Shown here: positions 12,470 through 24,637 of the stretch, piece after piece | Layout: each line of letters starts with the position of its first letter | Position numbering within the stretch: position 1 is the first letter of the stretch | DNA from: Malacoraja senta | Taxonomy: Eukaryota | Reading direction: 5' to 3' | Length of the DNA stretch: 64,000 bases | Assembly (NCBI GenBank): GCA_038087875.1 | Contig: CM075985.1 | Location: 18,848,001 to 18,912,000 of the forward strand | Notes under the pieces: generated by a model | Seen by the model: the letters and a program-made list of their open reading frames with translations, nothing else | What the model was told of the DNA's origin: nothing | Databases searched by the model: none | Position numbers and translations under genes: made by a program

Positions 12470-14976
12470 GTTATAACAATGCAAATGAGGGAGAAAAAAA
12501 GACACAAAATGTTGGAGTAACTTGGTATCTCTGGAGAACATGGGTAAGTGATGGGTCGGGACCTTTCTTCAGACTAATTGTGGTGTGGTGGGGGGGTGAA
12601 AGCTGGAAGAAAGGAGGGCAGGACAAAGCTTGGTGAGTGATAGGTGGATATAGGTGAGGGGGAATAATAGGCAGATGGTTGGCCAAAGGCCAGAGATGAA
12701 AATACAAAAGGTGTGGCACAAAGATAGAAGAGGTTTGAATTCTGAAGCCAGGGAAAGGAATATAGGTGGAAGAGAAGGGGTGCAATGTATACAAGTCCGG
12801 GTGGGACTCAGGGAATGGAGGGAGGGAGGAGGAAAACAAAGGGTTGTTTCTAGGTTAGTTACCCAAAATTGGAGAATTCAATGTTCATACAGTTAGATTG
12901 TAAGCTATTTCTTCCAGCTTTCTCTCCCCCACCCCACCACCCCACCACAATCAGTCTGAAGAAGAATCTCAACCCCAAACCTCCCCTTTCCAAGTCTCCA
13001 GAGATGCTGCCTGACCTGCTGAGCTACTCCAGCACTTTGTGTCTCCTTTTTTCTAGATCAGCATCAGACTAAGGAAGGGTCTCAACCCGTAACGTTACCC
13101 ATTCCTTCTCTCCAGAGATGCTGCCTGTCCTGCCGAGTTACTCCAGCTTTTTGTGTCTATCTGCAGTTCCTTATGTCTACATTTTGACAGAAATGAAGAG
13201 GCAGGTTTTACACTTCATTCTACACAGACCATTGCACTTCAGCTGAATAGCTTCATATCACAACCTGGTAATTTGATATCCAATGTACAGTATTGTCAGA
13301 AGATTATTTACTGGCATTGTTTATGAATGTCAAGATCCTGGATGTCATTGGTCTGATGATGTGGAATAAAAATACAAAGTCCTTGTAAATCTAGTTCTTA
13401 GAAACTGGAATTTAGATACAGCTAAAGCCTGGTAAATGCCTTAATCTCTCCTTAAGCAATACAGTATATCCACCCTTATTTATGGGTTCAGAAGCTAAAT
13501 TACTGAACCTTCGCTGCTGACTTTATACAAATACATAATATCTAATAAAACACAGACCTCACTATAAAGCAGCCCTGTGGGTGACAAGGCAGGTCTCCAC
13601 CAATAAAATTACTGCTTACTTCAAAGGCATTCAATAATTAAATTCAATTTTTCTACAGATTTTCGGCATAACCTATTACTCAGCTTCATGGTGAATGTCC
13701 ACTGAATAAGGACAATTTGAGTATCAGCAAAGACACAAAATGCTGGAGTAACCCAGCGGGTCAGGCAGCATCTCTGGAGAAAAAGAACAGGTGAGGTTTC
13801 GGGGCGGGGCACTTCTTCAGACTTACGTATCAGGAAACTGTTTTTTTTTTGTAGAATCAAGGAACTGCAGATGCTGTTTTACAAAAGAAGACACAGAGTG
13901 TTGGAGTAGCTCAGCGGGTCAGGCAGCATCTTAGGCGAACATAGACAGGCAACATTTTGAATAGGGAAGATAGTTCTATATCTTTTGTTCTACCTGTATT
14001 TCTCTCTACATTACCGTCTATATCTCTCGTTTCCCTCTCCCCTGATTCTCAGTCTGAAGAAGGGACTTGACCCAAAATGTCACCTGTTCCTTTTCTCCAG
14101 AGATGCAGTCTGACCGGCTGAGTTACTTCAGCTTTTTGTGTCTATCTTTGGTTTAAACCAGCATCTGCAGTTCCTTCCTACACTATTTGAATAGGGATCT
14201 GGAAAGCTGGAAGAGAGCTGGGGCAGGTCAAAGGCTGACAGGTAATAGGCTGACAGGTGAGGAGGGCTATTTGATAATGATTGTAGTGGCGGGAGAGTGG
14301 TGGGTGACGGGGGGGGGGGAGGGAGGAAGGGGCAGGAGCAAGAAATCTGGTAGACAGGAGGGGCAGGAGAAAGCCTGGCAGGTAATGATTATGAGGGGTG
14401 GGGGTGGGACAAAAAAAGATGGAAGACAGGAGGGGCAGGATAAAGCCTGGCAGAATAATTTTTGTGATCCGTTAATCATTAACAGTGCATTTTACATTGT
14501 TGTTTCATTATAGATTGAAGTCATTTCCTGCACTCTTTTATTGTTAGATCAGGCATTAACATTATGAAGGAACAGCTTCCCTTGGGCTTTAACGACAGGA
14601 ACAAATGGACATTACTGGATGCTGGAGGTGCAAAATTACAGAAAGATCATCTGTGTCCCTGATGTATAATTTTCACAAAACACAGAGGGAATAAAGTACT
14701 TTGTATTTTATAATGAAAAGCGGTTACAAGGTATATTCAGCCACGGAAGTATTTCTAGTTCATTACAAAGTTAAATAAGGACTGAATTATTGAATAATAA
14801 CTGTTGCTGACCTCTTGCTCTGCTTATCACTCATTGAGAAAGCAAAGTTAAAATCAATCATGAAGCACAAAAGGAAGTGTGGCCAGCGGCTGAGCTGATT
14901 CAAAGAGCATTTCAGGGAGGTTAGGGACTTCCTTTCATCCATTCCTGCCCTCCAGTCCCTAACTCCTTCACAACTT

Positions 14977-15298
14977 GGGTGGCACGGTGGCGCAGTGGTA
15001 GTTGCTGCCTTACAGTGCTTGCAGCGCCAGAGACCCGAATTCGATCCCGACTACGGGTGCTGTCTATACCGAGTTTTACGTTCTCCCCGTGACCGCGTGG
15101 GTTTTCTCCGAGATCTTCGGTTTCCTCCCACATTCCAAAGACGTGCAGGTTTGGAGGTTAATTGGCTTGGTAAATGTAAAAATTGTCCCTAGTGTGTGTA
15201 GGATAGTGTTAATATGCAGGGATCGCTGGTCGGTGCGGACTCGGTGGGCCGAAGGGCCTGTTTCCGTGTCATATCTCTAAACTAAACTAAACTAAACT
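14977..15298 (+). mobile_element. tRNA-derived V-SINE (HE1-like), full length
   Basis: A box TGGCGCAGTGG, B-box-like TTCGATCCC, V-domain GTTCTCCCCGTG…GGTTTCCTCCCAC, CR1-like tail GGGCCGAAGGGCCTGTTTC plus (TAAAC)n. Confidence 0.88.
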
Positions 15299-15849
15299 CA
15301 TGTGCAGAAAGGAACTGTAGATGCTGGTATATACTGAAGATAGACACAAAATGCTGGACAGGCAATGTCTCTGTAGAAAAAGGAGAGTGACATCTTCCTT
15401 CACAACTCAGCTTCTCACCAACGTGTCCTGGGTCCGGTGAAGTGTAGACATTATTGGATTGGAATATTGAGGTCTGCACTAAAACCCAGAGACCTGACTT
15501 CAAATCTCAACTAAGACAGCTGCGGAATTTAAATTTGATTCATAGCCTGGATATTCTTTAAAAAGAAACTAGTAATTAGCAACAATCACCCCAAAAGTAC
15601 TGTAGAAACAAGGAACTGCAGATACTGGTTTAAACAAAAGGACACCAAGTGCTGGAATAATTCAGCGGGCCAGGCAGCATCACTGGAAAACATGGATAGG
15701 TGACATTTCGGGTCAGGACCCTTCTTCAGTGAAACGTCACCTATCCCTGTTCTCCAGAGATGCTGCCTGCCTAAACTCATGTGTAGAAAGGAACTGCTGG
15801 TATATACTGAAGTGCTGGAGTAATTCAGCGGGTCAGGCAACATCTTCCA

Positions 15850-16287
15850 GAGTCGCCTCCCGGAGGTGCCGCTGTGGCCGGAACCTTGCGGCCTGGGCCT
15901 CGCGAGTCGGCGGTGGAGCCTCACGGGTCATCGAAGCCCGCAGCCATCGGTGCCTGGGTCTGCGGAGCCCGCGGCTAGGGCCTGGGTCGACACCACGGAG
16001 GCATCCAGAGAGGACCCGGCAGTGTTACTGGAGAGGTCGGTGCGGCGGACGATGATGGCGCCGACCGACGGACGAGGACGGACAGGCAGAAGTGAGGACA
16101 CCGCTGCCGAGGGAAGGAACTATGGAAGACCCGGTGTTGGGGAGACCACCGTGAGAGGGAGAAAAGAGCAAAAGGGGACTGGCACGATGTGGGAATTTGT
16201 AACTTTGTAAGTGCCCTTTATGGGCGACTATTTGCATGCCTTGGGTATGCAAACAAAGAATTTCACTGTGACACATGTGACATTAAG
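15850..16287 (+). mobile_element. More distant GC-rich element with Rex/L2-type 3' end
   Basis: CpG-rich body, GAATTTCACTGTG…TGTGAC end, (ATTCA)n-like tail. Confidence 0.5.
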
Positions 16288-16700
16288 GATTCAATTCCAA
16301 TTCAAATCAACCTGCTGAGTTACTTCAGCACTTTGTGTAATTATATCACAAAAGTACTGATTGTCCTAATAATCTATTCTCTTCACAAATGCTCTTCCAG
16401 AAGCAATCTGTCAAACCTGTCTGATCTGGCCTATGTGTGGCTACAGACCCACCAATGTGATTTGACTTTTAAATGGTTTAACAATGCAATGAATTCAAGG
16501 GCAAATGGAGACAGACGATAATTGCTAATTTAGTCACCGACGCCCAGATCCTAATACAAACAAATAGGTAGGTACGGGGCAGGAGGAAGGGGGCAGGGGG
16601 GCGAGGTGGAGGAGCGGAGAGGAGAAGCAGAGGCAGTCAGCCAAGCAGATAGATGAATAATATACTTCTATTTTCTCTATTCTGTGAAGATAAATGAGTG

Positions 16701-17030
16701 AACACTGACTTTTCTAACTTCAAGTAACCCTTGCTTTCCCCCTATCTCCATCCCTCCCCCTTCCCAGTTCTCCAACCAGTCTGACTGTCTCCATTTTACC
16801 TCTGTTTGCTTTGTTGTTACCTTCTCCAGCTAACGATGATCTATTCTACATTTTCCTTGATCTCCATCCCCTTTGTCCTGGTTTCACACCTTACACACTT
16901 CCTTATCTATGTATCTCCCTCTCCCCTGACATCAGTCTGAAGAAGGGTCTCGACCAGAAATGTCACCCATTCCTTCTCTCCAGAGATGCTGCCTGTCCCG
17001 CTGAGTTACTCCAGAATTTTGCATCTATTT
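16701..17030 (+). mobile_element. Penelope-like 3' UTR/pLTR insertion with 14-bp TSD
   Basis: AAGATAAATGAGTG at 16687-16700 and 17031-17044; CTGAAGAAGGGTCTCGACC core. Confidence 0.8.
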
Positions 17031-17487
17031 AAGATAAATGAGTGCCGGCTTTGTAGACTTGCAGACTGCTTTACCCAGCCATCTATCAAATATATAAACA
17101 TCAAGTCTATAATTTTATACTAACAGGAAGATTTTCTTGAATTATAGGCTGGTATTTTAATCCTTTTTTTTTGTTATATTTCTTTTTGTGGACGTCTAGG
17201 AGCCCAGCATTTTAGTTTGGGCTTGCAGCAAGTAGGGAGCAGCAAATGTAAGAATTGTCTGGAAATTCTCGCAGAGCTGGAGGTATTTGCATTAACGTCC
17301 CAGTGCACGAGGTGTGTTGCGTCCCTGGTGCCAGGTTCGAGGACGTTTCTGAGTGACTGCAGAAAATTCTCAAGGGGGAAGGCTACCAACGACATAGATG
17401 GGACAAGGGATGTGGTTCTGCAAAGTGAATGTGCATGTTAGACAGGAAATTAAACAGCAAGACCTCAAGGATAGTAATCTCTGGAAA

Positions 17488-17816
17488 CTTAGTTTAGTTT
17501 TAGTTTAGTTTAGTTTAGAGATACAGCAGTGAAACAGGCCCTATGGCCCATCGATTCCATGCCAAATAGTGATCCCCGCACACTAACATTATCCTGCACA
17601 TACACTAGCGACAATTTACACATACACCAAGCCAATTAACCTACAAACCTGTACGTCTTTGGAGTGTAGGAGGAAACCGGAGCTCCCATTGAAAATCCAC
17701 GCAGCTCACGAGGAGAACATACAAACTCCATACAGACAAGAACCCGTAGTCAGGATCGAACCCAGGTCTCTGGCACTGCAAGGCAACAACTCTACCCCTG
17801 CACCACCGTGCCGCCC
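17488..17816 (-). mobile_element. V-SINE (HE1-like)
   Basis: Reverse complement of the same consensus; (TTTAG)n tail. Confidence 0.85.
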
Positions 17817-18616
17817 ACACCTTCAAGTGTCACATGCTAGTGAGAGTGTGGGACAGGCAACATGTCTGGAGAGAAGGAATGGGTGATGTTTCAGGTCGAG
17901 ACCCTTCTTCAGTCTTGAAATGTCACCCATTCCTCCTATCCAGAGATGCTGCCTATCCGCTGAGTTACTCCAGCATTTTGTGTCTATCTTCAGTGTAAAC
18001 CAGCAGCTGCAGTTCCTTCCTACACATGATATATGCATTTGGCCAGATCAGGGATAGTCAGCATGGCTTTGTGTTTGGAAAAGGGCGCCTCATTCCCCCT
18101 CTAAAACTTGAGTACATAGGTTTAAGGTGCAATGGAAAGATTTCTAAGTGAACTAAAGGGTAATGTTTTGACACAGAGGGTGGTGCATACATGGAACAAG
18201 CTGCCTGGAGAAGTGGTGGAATTGCAAAGTTTAAAAGACACGGCAGGTACATTGATAGGAAAGATTTTGTGATATATGGAGCAAGCCCAGCAAGTGGGAT
18301 TAGATCAAACGGGCAACTAGGTCGGCATTGACGTTGATCTGGACGGCCTGTATAACTTTTTGACTCTATGGCTATGTGTGCCTGTGGTTTCAAGAGGTTC
18401 TTCTATTGTATGGATGCTGGACGTCCATTAAAACTTACTGCTATACAGGAATAACCACGCTGTAAACTGATATAAACTGTTTCAGTTCTCAACGAAATGT
18501 TTACGTTATGGCTTGCCAAACTAGAATATTAATGCCCTCTGAATTATTCTATTGCTTCATACCATTCACTGTACATAAAGCAGGAAAATGTGAACAATCT
18601 TTGGATGAAAGTCTTT

Positions 18617-21600
18617 AAGAAGGAACTGCAGATGCTGGAAAATCGAAGGTACACAAAAATGCTGGAGAAACTCAGCAGGTGCAGCAGCATCTATGGAGCG
18701 AAGGAAATAGGCAACGTTTAGGGCCGAAACCTTTCTTCAGACTGATGGGGGGTGGGGAGAAGAAAGGAAAAAGGCGGAGGAGGAGCCCGAGGGCTGAGGG
18801 ATGGGAGGAGACAGCCCGAGGGCTGAGGAAGGGGAGGAGACAGCAAGGGCTAACAGAATTGGGAGAATTCAATGTTCATGCCCCCAGGATGTAGACTGCC
18901 CAAGCGGAAAATGAGGTGCTGTTCCTCCAATTTCCAGTGTTGCTCGCTCTGGCCATGGAGGAGACCCAGGACAGAGAGATCGGATACGGAATGGGAGGGG
19001 GAGTTGAAGTGCTGAGCCACCGGGAGGTCAGGTTGGTTATTGCGGACTGAGCGGAGGTGTTCGGCGAAACGATCGCCAAGCCTCCGCTTGGTCTCACCGA
19101 TGTAGATCAGCTGATATCTAGAGCAGCGGATGCAATAGATGAGGTTGGAGGAGATGCAGGTGAACCTCTGTCGCACCTGGAACGACTGCTTAGGTCCTTG
19201 AATGGAGTCGAGGGGGGAGGTGAAGGGACAAGTGTTGCATCTCTTGCGGTTGCAAGGGAAAGTGCCCGGGGAGGGGGTGGTACGGGAGGGAAGGGAAGAA
19301 TTGACAAGGCAGTTACGGAGGGAGCGGTCTTTGCGGAAGGCAGACATGGGGGGAGATGGGTAGATGTGGCGAGTGGTGGGGTCACGTTGGAGGTGGCGAA
19401 ACTGACGGAGGATTACTTGTTGTATGTGACGGCTGGTGGGGTGAAAGGTGAGGACTAGGGGGACCCTGCCCTTGTTGCGAGTGGGGGATGGGGCGAGAGA
19501 GCAGTGTTGCGGTGTATGGAAGATACCCTGGTGTGAGCCTCATCTATGGTGGAGGAGGGGAACCCCCGTTCCATGAAGAATGAGGACATTTCAGATGCCC
19601 TGGTGTGGAACGCCTCATCCTGGGAGCAGATACAGCATAGACGGAGGAATTGGGAGTAGGGGAAGCAGGGTAGGAAGAAGTGTAGTCCAGATAGCCATGG
19701 GAGTCTGTAGGTTTATAGTGGATGTCGGTCTGAAGTCCATCACCTGCGATGGAGATAGTGAGGTCAAGGAATGGTAGGGAAGTGTCGGAAATGGTCCAGG
19801 TGTATTTGAGTGCCAGATGGAAGTTGGTGGTGAAGTGGATGAAGTCAGTCAGTTGTGTGTGGGTGCAGGAGGTGGCACCAAAGCAGTCGTCGATGTAGCA
19901 GAGGTAGAGGTCGGGGATGGGGCCCTGGTACGGATTGAACAAGGATTGTTCGACGTACCCGATAAAGAGGTAGGTGTAGCTGGGGCCCATACGTGTGCCC
20001 ATAGCTACGCCTTGTATTTGGAGGAAATGGGAGGAGTCAAACGAGAAGTTATTGAGGGTAAGGACCAGCACCGCTAGGCGGAGGAGGGTGTCAGTGGCCG
20101 GGTATAGGTTGCTTCTCTGGTCGATGAAGAACCGGAGGGCTTTGAGACCATCCTGGTGGGGGATGGAGGTGTAGAGTGACTGGACGTCCATGGTGACGTC
20201 ATTGCCACAGACAGCTGTGGAGGCCAAGTCACTGAATATTTTAAAGGGAGAGATTGACTGATTCTTGGTCAGTATGAGTGTCAAGGGTTATTGAGGGATG
20301 GCAGGAGAATGGAGTTGAGAAGGAAAGATAGATCAGCCATGACTGAATGGCGGAGTAGACATGATGAACAAAATGGCCTAATTCTGCTCCGAGAACTTAT
20401 GAATAAAGCCCAAACAGTTCCTCACAGTAGATTTCCCTCACAGCATCTTACCCTTAAAATATCTTTACTAATTAAAATGACTGTATTCATGATGCCAAGA
20501 GACAATGGATCAGTCAAATATCTTATTGCAAAGGTCATATCAGTAACCTGATAGGAGAACGAATGCTGGTTACTATGTTAAATATCTCCGGATTCCTTTT
20601 CTCAAGGCCAGGCATTAGTTACAACAACATCACAGGAAAGCAACGTAAAATGGGCAAGAGATGACAAACTTAAAAAAGGAAATCACAAATTGCCAATCAT
20701 TATTGTTCCCTTCATTATCAGTGCTTGTTGGAATCATTTCAATGCTTGCACTCTGCTTATGTGCAGTGCTTCATGTTTGTTGCGGGTTGCCTTTGAGAAA
20801 TGAGAAATAAATATAAAGCTGGTATCTCTGGTTCCATGTCCCCACCCTCTTACACCAGTAATTTTACAAATTATAAATAATTTACTGTGGTATTGCTCAT
20901 AAATAAAAGATAAGAACTTAACTTTGGGCTGGGTTTTGCAGTAGGGCGGAAGCGATCACAGTCCCTTTGACGTTGACAAAAGCCACTCTTTGGTGACGTC
21001 AGTCGCTATCATGTCACGGGAATCCTGGCACGCAGGTACAGTGACGTCTTCAAGCTGGCTGAGCAGCAAATTCCATTGAAGAATTCTCACAGACAGTAAA
21101 CCAGGATGGAAAAAACAACCTTTAGCCAATACCACAAGTATTTAACATAGTGTCAAGCAAAGATGGGAGTGCACAATCATGGCGATATTCATATTTGCCA
21201 TCTTATTTGGCTGTCACTCTCATTCCCTACATGGTCTTGTATTTTTTTTCTATCAGTTAATTCAACATCTCTTTTCTCCACAAGTTTTCTTTCTCAAAAT
21301 GTCCTCACTATTTTCATCTTTCACTATCCGATGAACACATTTTCTGCATTTCTCTCACTTTCTTTCCATCTGCTCTCTATTGCATCTTACACGTTATTCT
21401 TATCACATTGACTCGAACAATGGTTTGTGACTTGGAATTTCAATAATTCCAAAAGCGTGTTGATCCTATTTGTCCAGAACTATGAAGCAATAAGAAATAG
21501 GTCCTGGAGGGTAGTGAGTATAGGACTGAAGATAGGAGAACTGATTACAATACAAATACAATACAATACAATACGGTTTTATTCGTCACATTGCACGTAA

Positions 21601-22048
21601 AGTGCAAGTGAAATGAATTTACCAGCAGCGGTATAATGATTAAGAACACACAATACACAATAAAAATTTAACACAAACATCCACCACAGCATTCATCACT
21701 GTGGTGGAAGGCACAAAATTTGGCCAGTCCTCCTCCATTATCCCCCGTGGTCGGGACCTCAACCCTCCTCAACCGTCGCTGCGGGCATCCAGATGAGTGA
21801 AAGAGAATGGAATGCGCGGAGACGACGGAGAGTGTCTGAGGTGTCTTGAACATAGGTAGGGAGGGATTTAACCAAGGGGGATAGGATGGAGTCAAGGTTG
21901 GTGGAGATGAATTTGGTGGGGCACGAACAGGCAGAGACAATGGGTCTACCGGGACAGTCAGGTTTGTGGATTTTGGGGAGAAGGTAAAATCGGGCCGTGC
22001 GGGGCTGGGGAACGATGAGGTTGGAGGCTCGGCCGGGCAGGGCGTGGG
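18617..22048 (-). mobile_element. Left arm: Penelope-like RT/GIY-YIG copy, decayed, interrupted by 20197-21801
   Basis: ORFs 19544-20284 and 18850-19347 match the + arm protein. 20196 corresponds to 22698 and 21802 to 22677, so the arm is continuous across the interruption apart from 20 bp. Confidence 0.9.
20199..21803 (+). repeat. 1.6-kb direct duplicate of 26419-28021, inserted in the Penelope left arm
   Basis: ~98% identical by eye; near-identical spurious ORFs 20291/26511 and 21163/27382. Confidence 0.95.
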
Positions 22049-24061
22049 TCTTCTTCCCCCATTGATGACCCCTTTTCCCGTCTCCAACGCACCCCCTCCT
22101 CGTGGAACCCCCCTCGTGGCCTTCCGGCTTTAGAACTCTTTATCAAAAACTGCCGCTGTGACATCAACCGCCTCAACTTCTCCACTTTCCTGTCTCACTC
22201 CAATCTCTCCCCCCCTGAACGTACTGCCATCGACTCACTCCGCAACAACCCAGATTGGGTTATCAAACGCGCCGACAAGGGAGGTGCCGTGGTAGTCTGG
22301 CACGTCGATCTCTACAAAGCTGAGGCCAAGCGCCAACTCTCGGACACCTCCTCCTACTTACCCCTGGACCATGACCCCACTGACGAGCACCAGGCCACCA
22401 TCTCCAGCACCATCACCGACTTCATCAACTCCCACGCCCTGCCCGACCGAGCCTCCAACCTCATCGTTCCCCAGCCCCGCACGGCCCGATTTTACCTTCT
22501 CCCCAAAATCCACAAACCTGACTGTCCCGGTAGACCCATTGTCTCTGCCTGTTCTTGCCCCACCGAACTCATTTCCACCTTCCTTGACTCCATCCTATCC
22601 CCCTTGGTTAAATCCCTCCCTACCTATGTTCAAGACACCTCAGACACTCTCCGTCGACTCCGCGCATTCCATTCTCTAGGCCCTCACCCCCTCATCTTCA
22701 CCATGGACGTCCAGTCACTCTACACCTTGATCCCCCACCAGGATGGTCTCAAAGCCCTCCGGTTCTTCCTCGACCGGAGAAGCAACATATACCCGTCCAC
22801 TGATACTCTCCTCCGCCTAGCGGAGTTGGTCCTTTCCCTCAATAACTTCTCGTTTGACTCCTCCCATTTCCTCCAAATACAAGGTGTAGCTATGGGCACA
22901 TGCATGGGCCCCAGCAACGCCTGCCTCTTTATCGGGTACGTCGAACAATCCTTGTTCAAAACGTACCAGGGCCCCTTCCCCGACCTCTACCTCCGCTACA
23001 TCGATGACTGCTTTGGTGCCACCTCCTGCACCCACACACAACTGACTGACTTCATCCACTTCACCACCAACTTCCATCCGGCACTCAAATACACCTGGAC
23101 CATTTCCGACACTTCCCTACCATTCCTTGACCTCACTATCTCCATCGCAGGTGATAGACTTCTGACCGACATCCACTATAAACCTACTGACTCCCATGGC
23201 TATCTGGACTACACTTCTTCCTACCCTGCTTCCTGTAAGGACTCCATCCCCTACTCCCAATTCCTCCGTCTACGCCTCATCTGCTCCCAGGATGCGGCGT
23301 TCCACACCAGGGCATCTGAAATGTTCTCATTCTTCAGGGAACGGGGGTTCCCCTCCTCCACCATAGATGAGGCTTGCACCAGGGTCTCTTCCATACCCCG
23401 CAACACTGCTCTCTCTCCCCATCCCCCCACTCGCAACAAGGGCAGAGTCCCCCTAGTCCTCACCTGTCACCCCACCAGACGTCACATACAACAAGTAATC
23501 CTCCGTCAGTTTTGCCACCTCCAACGTGACCCCACCACTCGCCACATCTTCCCATTTCCCCCCATGTCTGCCTTCCGCAAAGACCGCTCCCTCCGTAACT
23601 GCCTTGTCAATTCTTCCCTTCCCTCCCGTACGACCCCCTCCCCGGCCACTTTCCCTTGCAACCGCAAGAGTTGCAACACTTGTCCCTTCACCTCTGCCCT
23701 CGACTCCATTCAAGAACCTAAGCAGTCGTTCCAGGTGCGACAGAGGTTCACCTGCATCTCCTCCAACCTCATCTATTGCATCCGCTGCTCTAGATGTCAG
23801 CTGATCTACATCGGTGAGACCAAGCGGAGGCTTGGCGATCGTTTCGCCGAACACCTCCGCTCGGTCCGCAATAACCAACCTGACCTCCCAGTGGCTCAGC
23901 ACTTCAACGATCCCTCCCATTCCATATCCGACCTCTCTATCCTGGGTCTCCTCCATGGCCAGAGCGAGCAACACAGGAAATTGGAGCAACAGCACCTCAT
24001 ATTCCGCTTGGGGAGTCTGCATCCTGGGGGCATTAACATTGAATTCTCCCAATTCTGTTAG
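22049..24061 (+). CDS. Penelope-like element polyprotein: reverse transcriptase + GIY-YIG endonuclease (5'-truncated, 670 codons open; Neptune-like)
   Basis: Frame stays open 80 codons upstream of the tracked 22289 start (…VIKRADKGGAVVV). Motifs: LPKIHK, PGRPIVS, MDVQSLYT, GVAMG, RYIDDCF, Cys linker CNRKSCNTC, LIYCIRC..YIGETKRRLGDRFAEH. Confidence 0.92.
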   Translation, partial: SSSPIDDPFSRLQRTPSSWNPPRGLPALELFIKNCRCDINRLNFSTFLSHSNLSPPERTAIDSLRNNPDWVIKRADKGGAVVVWHVDLYKAEAKRQLSDTSSYLPLDHDPTDEHQATISSTITDFINSHALPDRASNLIVPQPRTARFYLLPKIHKPDCPGRPIVSACSCPTELISTFLDSILSPLVKSLPTYVQDTSDTLRRLRAFHSLGPHPLIFTMDVQSLYTLIPHQDGLKALRFFLDRRSNIYPSTDTLLRLAELVLSLNNFSFDSSHFLQIQGVAMGTCMGPSNACLFIGYVEQSLFKTYQGPFPDLYLRYIDDCFGATSCTHTQLTDFIHFTTNFHPALKYTWTISDTSLPFLDLTISIAGDRLLTDIHYKPTDSHGYLDYTSSYPASCKDSIPYSQFLRLRLICSQDAAFHTRASEMFSFFRERGFPSSTIDEACTRVSSIPRNTALSPHPPTRNKGRVPLVLTCHPTRRHIQQVILRQFCHLQRDPTTRHIFPFPPMSAFRKDRSLRNCLVNSSLPSRTTPSPATFPCNRKSCNTCPFTSALDSIQEPKQSFQVRQRFTCISSNLIYCIRCSRCQLIYIGETKRRLGDRFAEHLRSVRNNQPDLPVAQHFNDPSHSISDLSILGLLHGQSEQHRKLEQQHLIFRLGSLHPGGINIEFSQFC

Positions 24062-24083
24062 CCCTTGCTGTCTCCTCCCCTTC

Positions 24084-24637
24084 ATAGATATACATAGATA
24101 CATAGAAAATAGGTGAAGGAGTAGGCCATTCGGTCCTTCGAGCCTGCACCGCCATTCAATATGATCATGGCTGATCATCCAACTCAGTATCCCGTACCTG
24201 CCTTCTCTCCATACCCCCTGATCCCTTTAGCCACAAGGGCCACATCTAACTCCCTCTTAAATATAGCCAATGAACTGGCCTCAACTACCTTCTGTGGCAG
24301 AGAGTTCCAGAGAATCACCACTCTCTGTGTGAAAACGTTTTTTCTCATCTCGGTCTTAAAGGATTTCCCCCTTATCCTTAAGCTGTGACCCCTTGTCCTG
24401 GACTTCCCCAACATCGGGAACAATCTTCCTGCATCTAGCCTGTCCAACCCCATAAGAATTTTGTAAGTTTCCATAAGATCCCCTCTCAATCTCCTAAATT
24501 CTAGCGAGTATAAGCCGAGTCTATCCAGTCTTTCTTCATATGAAAGTCCTGACATCCCAGGAATCAATCTGGTGAACCTTCTCTGCACTCCCTCTATGGC
24601 TATAATGTCCTTCCTCAGATTTGGAGACTAAAACTGT
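24084..24637 (-). mobile_element. Young CR1 LINE 3' fragment nested in the Penelope right arm
   Basis: ORF 24184-24588 nearly identical to the C-terminus of 61780-62718; (CTATGTAT)n-type tail; Penelope sequence resumes at 24640. Confidence 0.9.

Noticed and set aside
9895-14182. CRISPR-like or prokaryotic RT system suggested by recurring short repeats plus RT
   Set aside because: Repeats are dispersed, diverged, in both orientations and lack regular spacers; the context is a spliced vertebrate locus
14977-15055. tRNA gene
   Set aside because: tRNA-derived head of a V-SINE; no cloverleaf, continues into SINE body
19544-20284. Apparent RT with a novel N-terminus
   Set aside because: Chance read-through from the inserted duplicate (CR1 tail, antisense) into the Penelope arm
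23453-24178. 241-aa antisense ORF (also 51928-52497)
   Set aside because: Shadow frames of the Penelope ORF and pim3 exon 4
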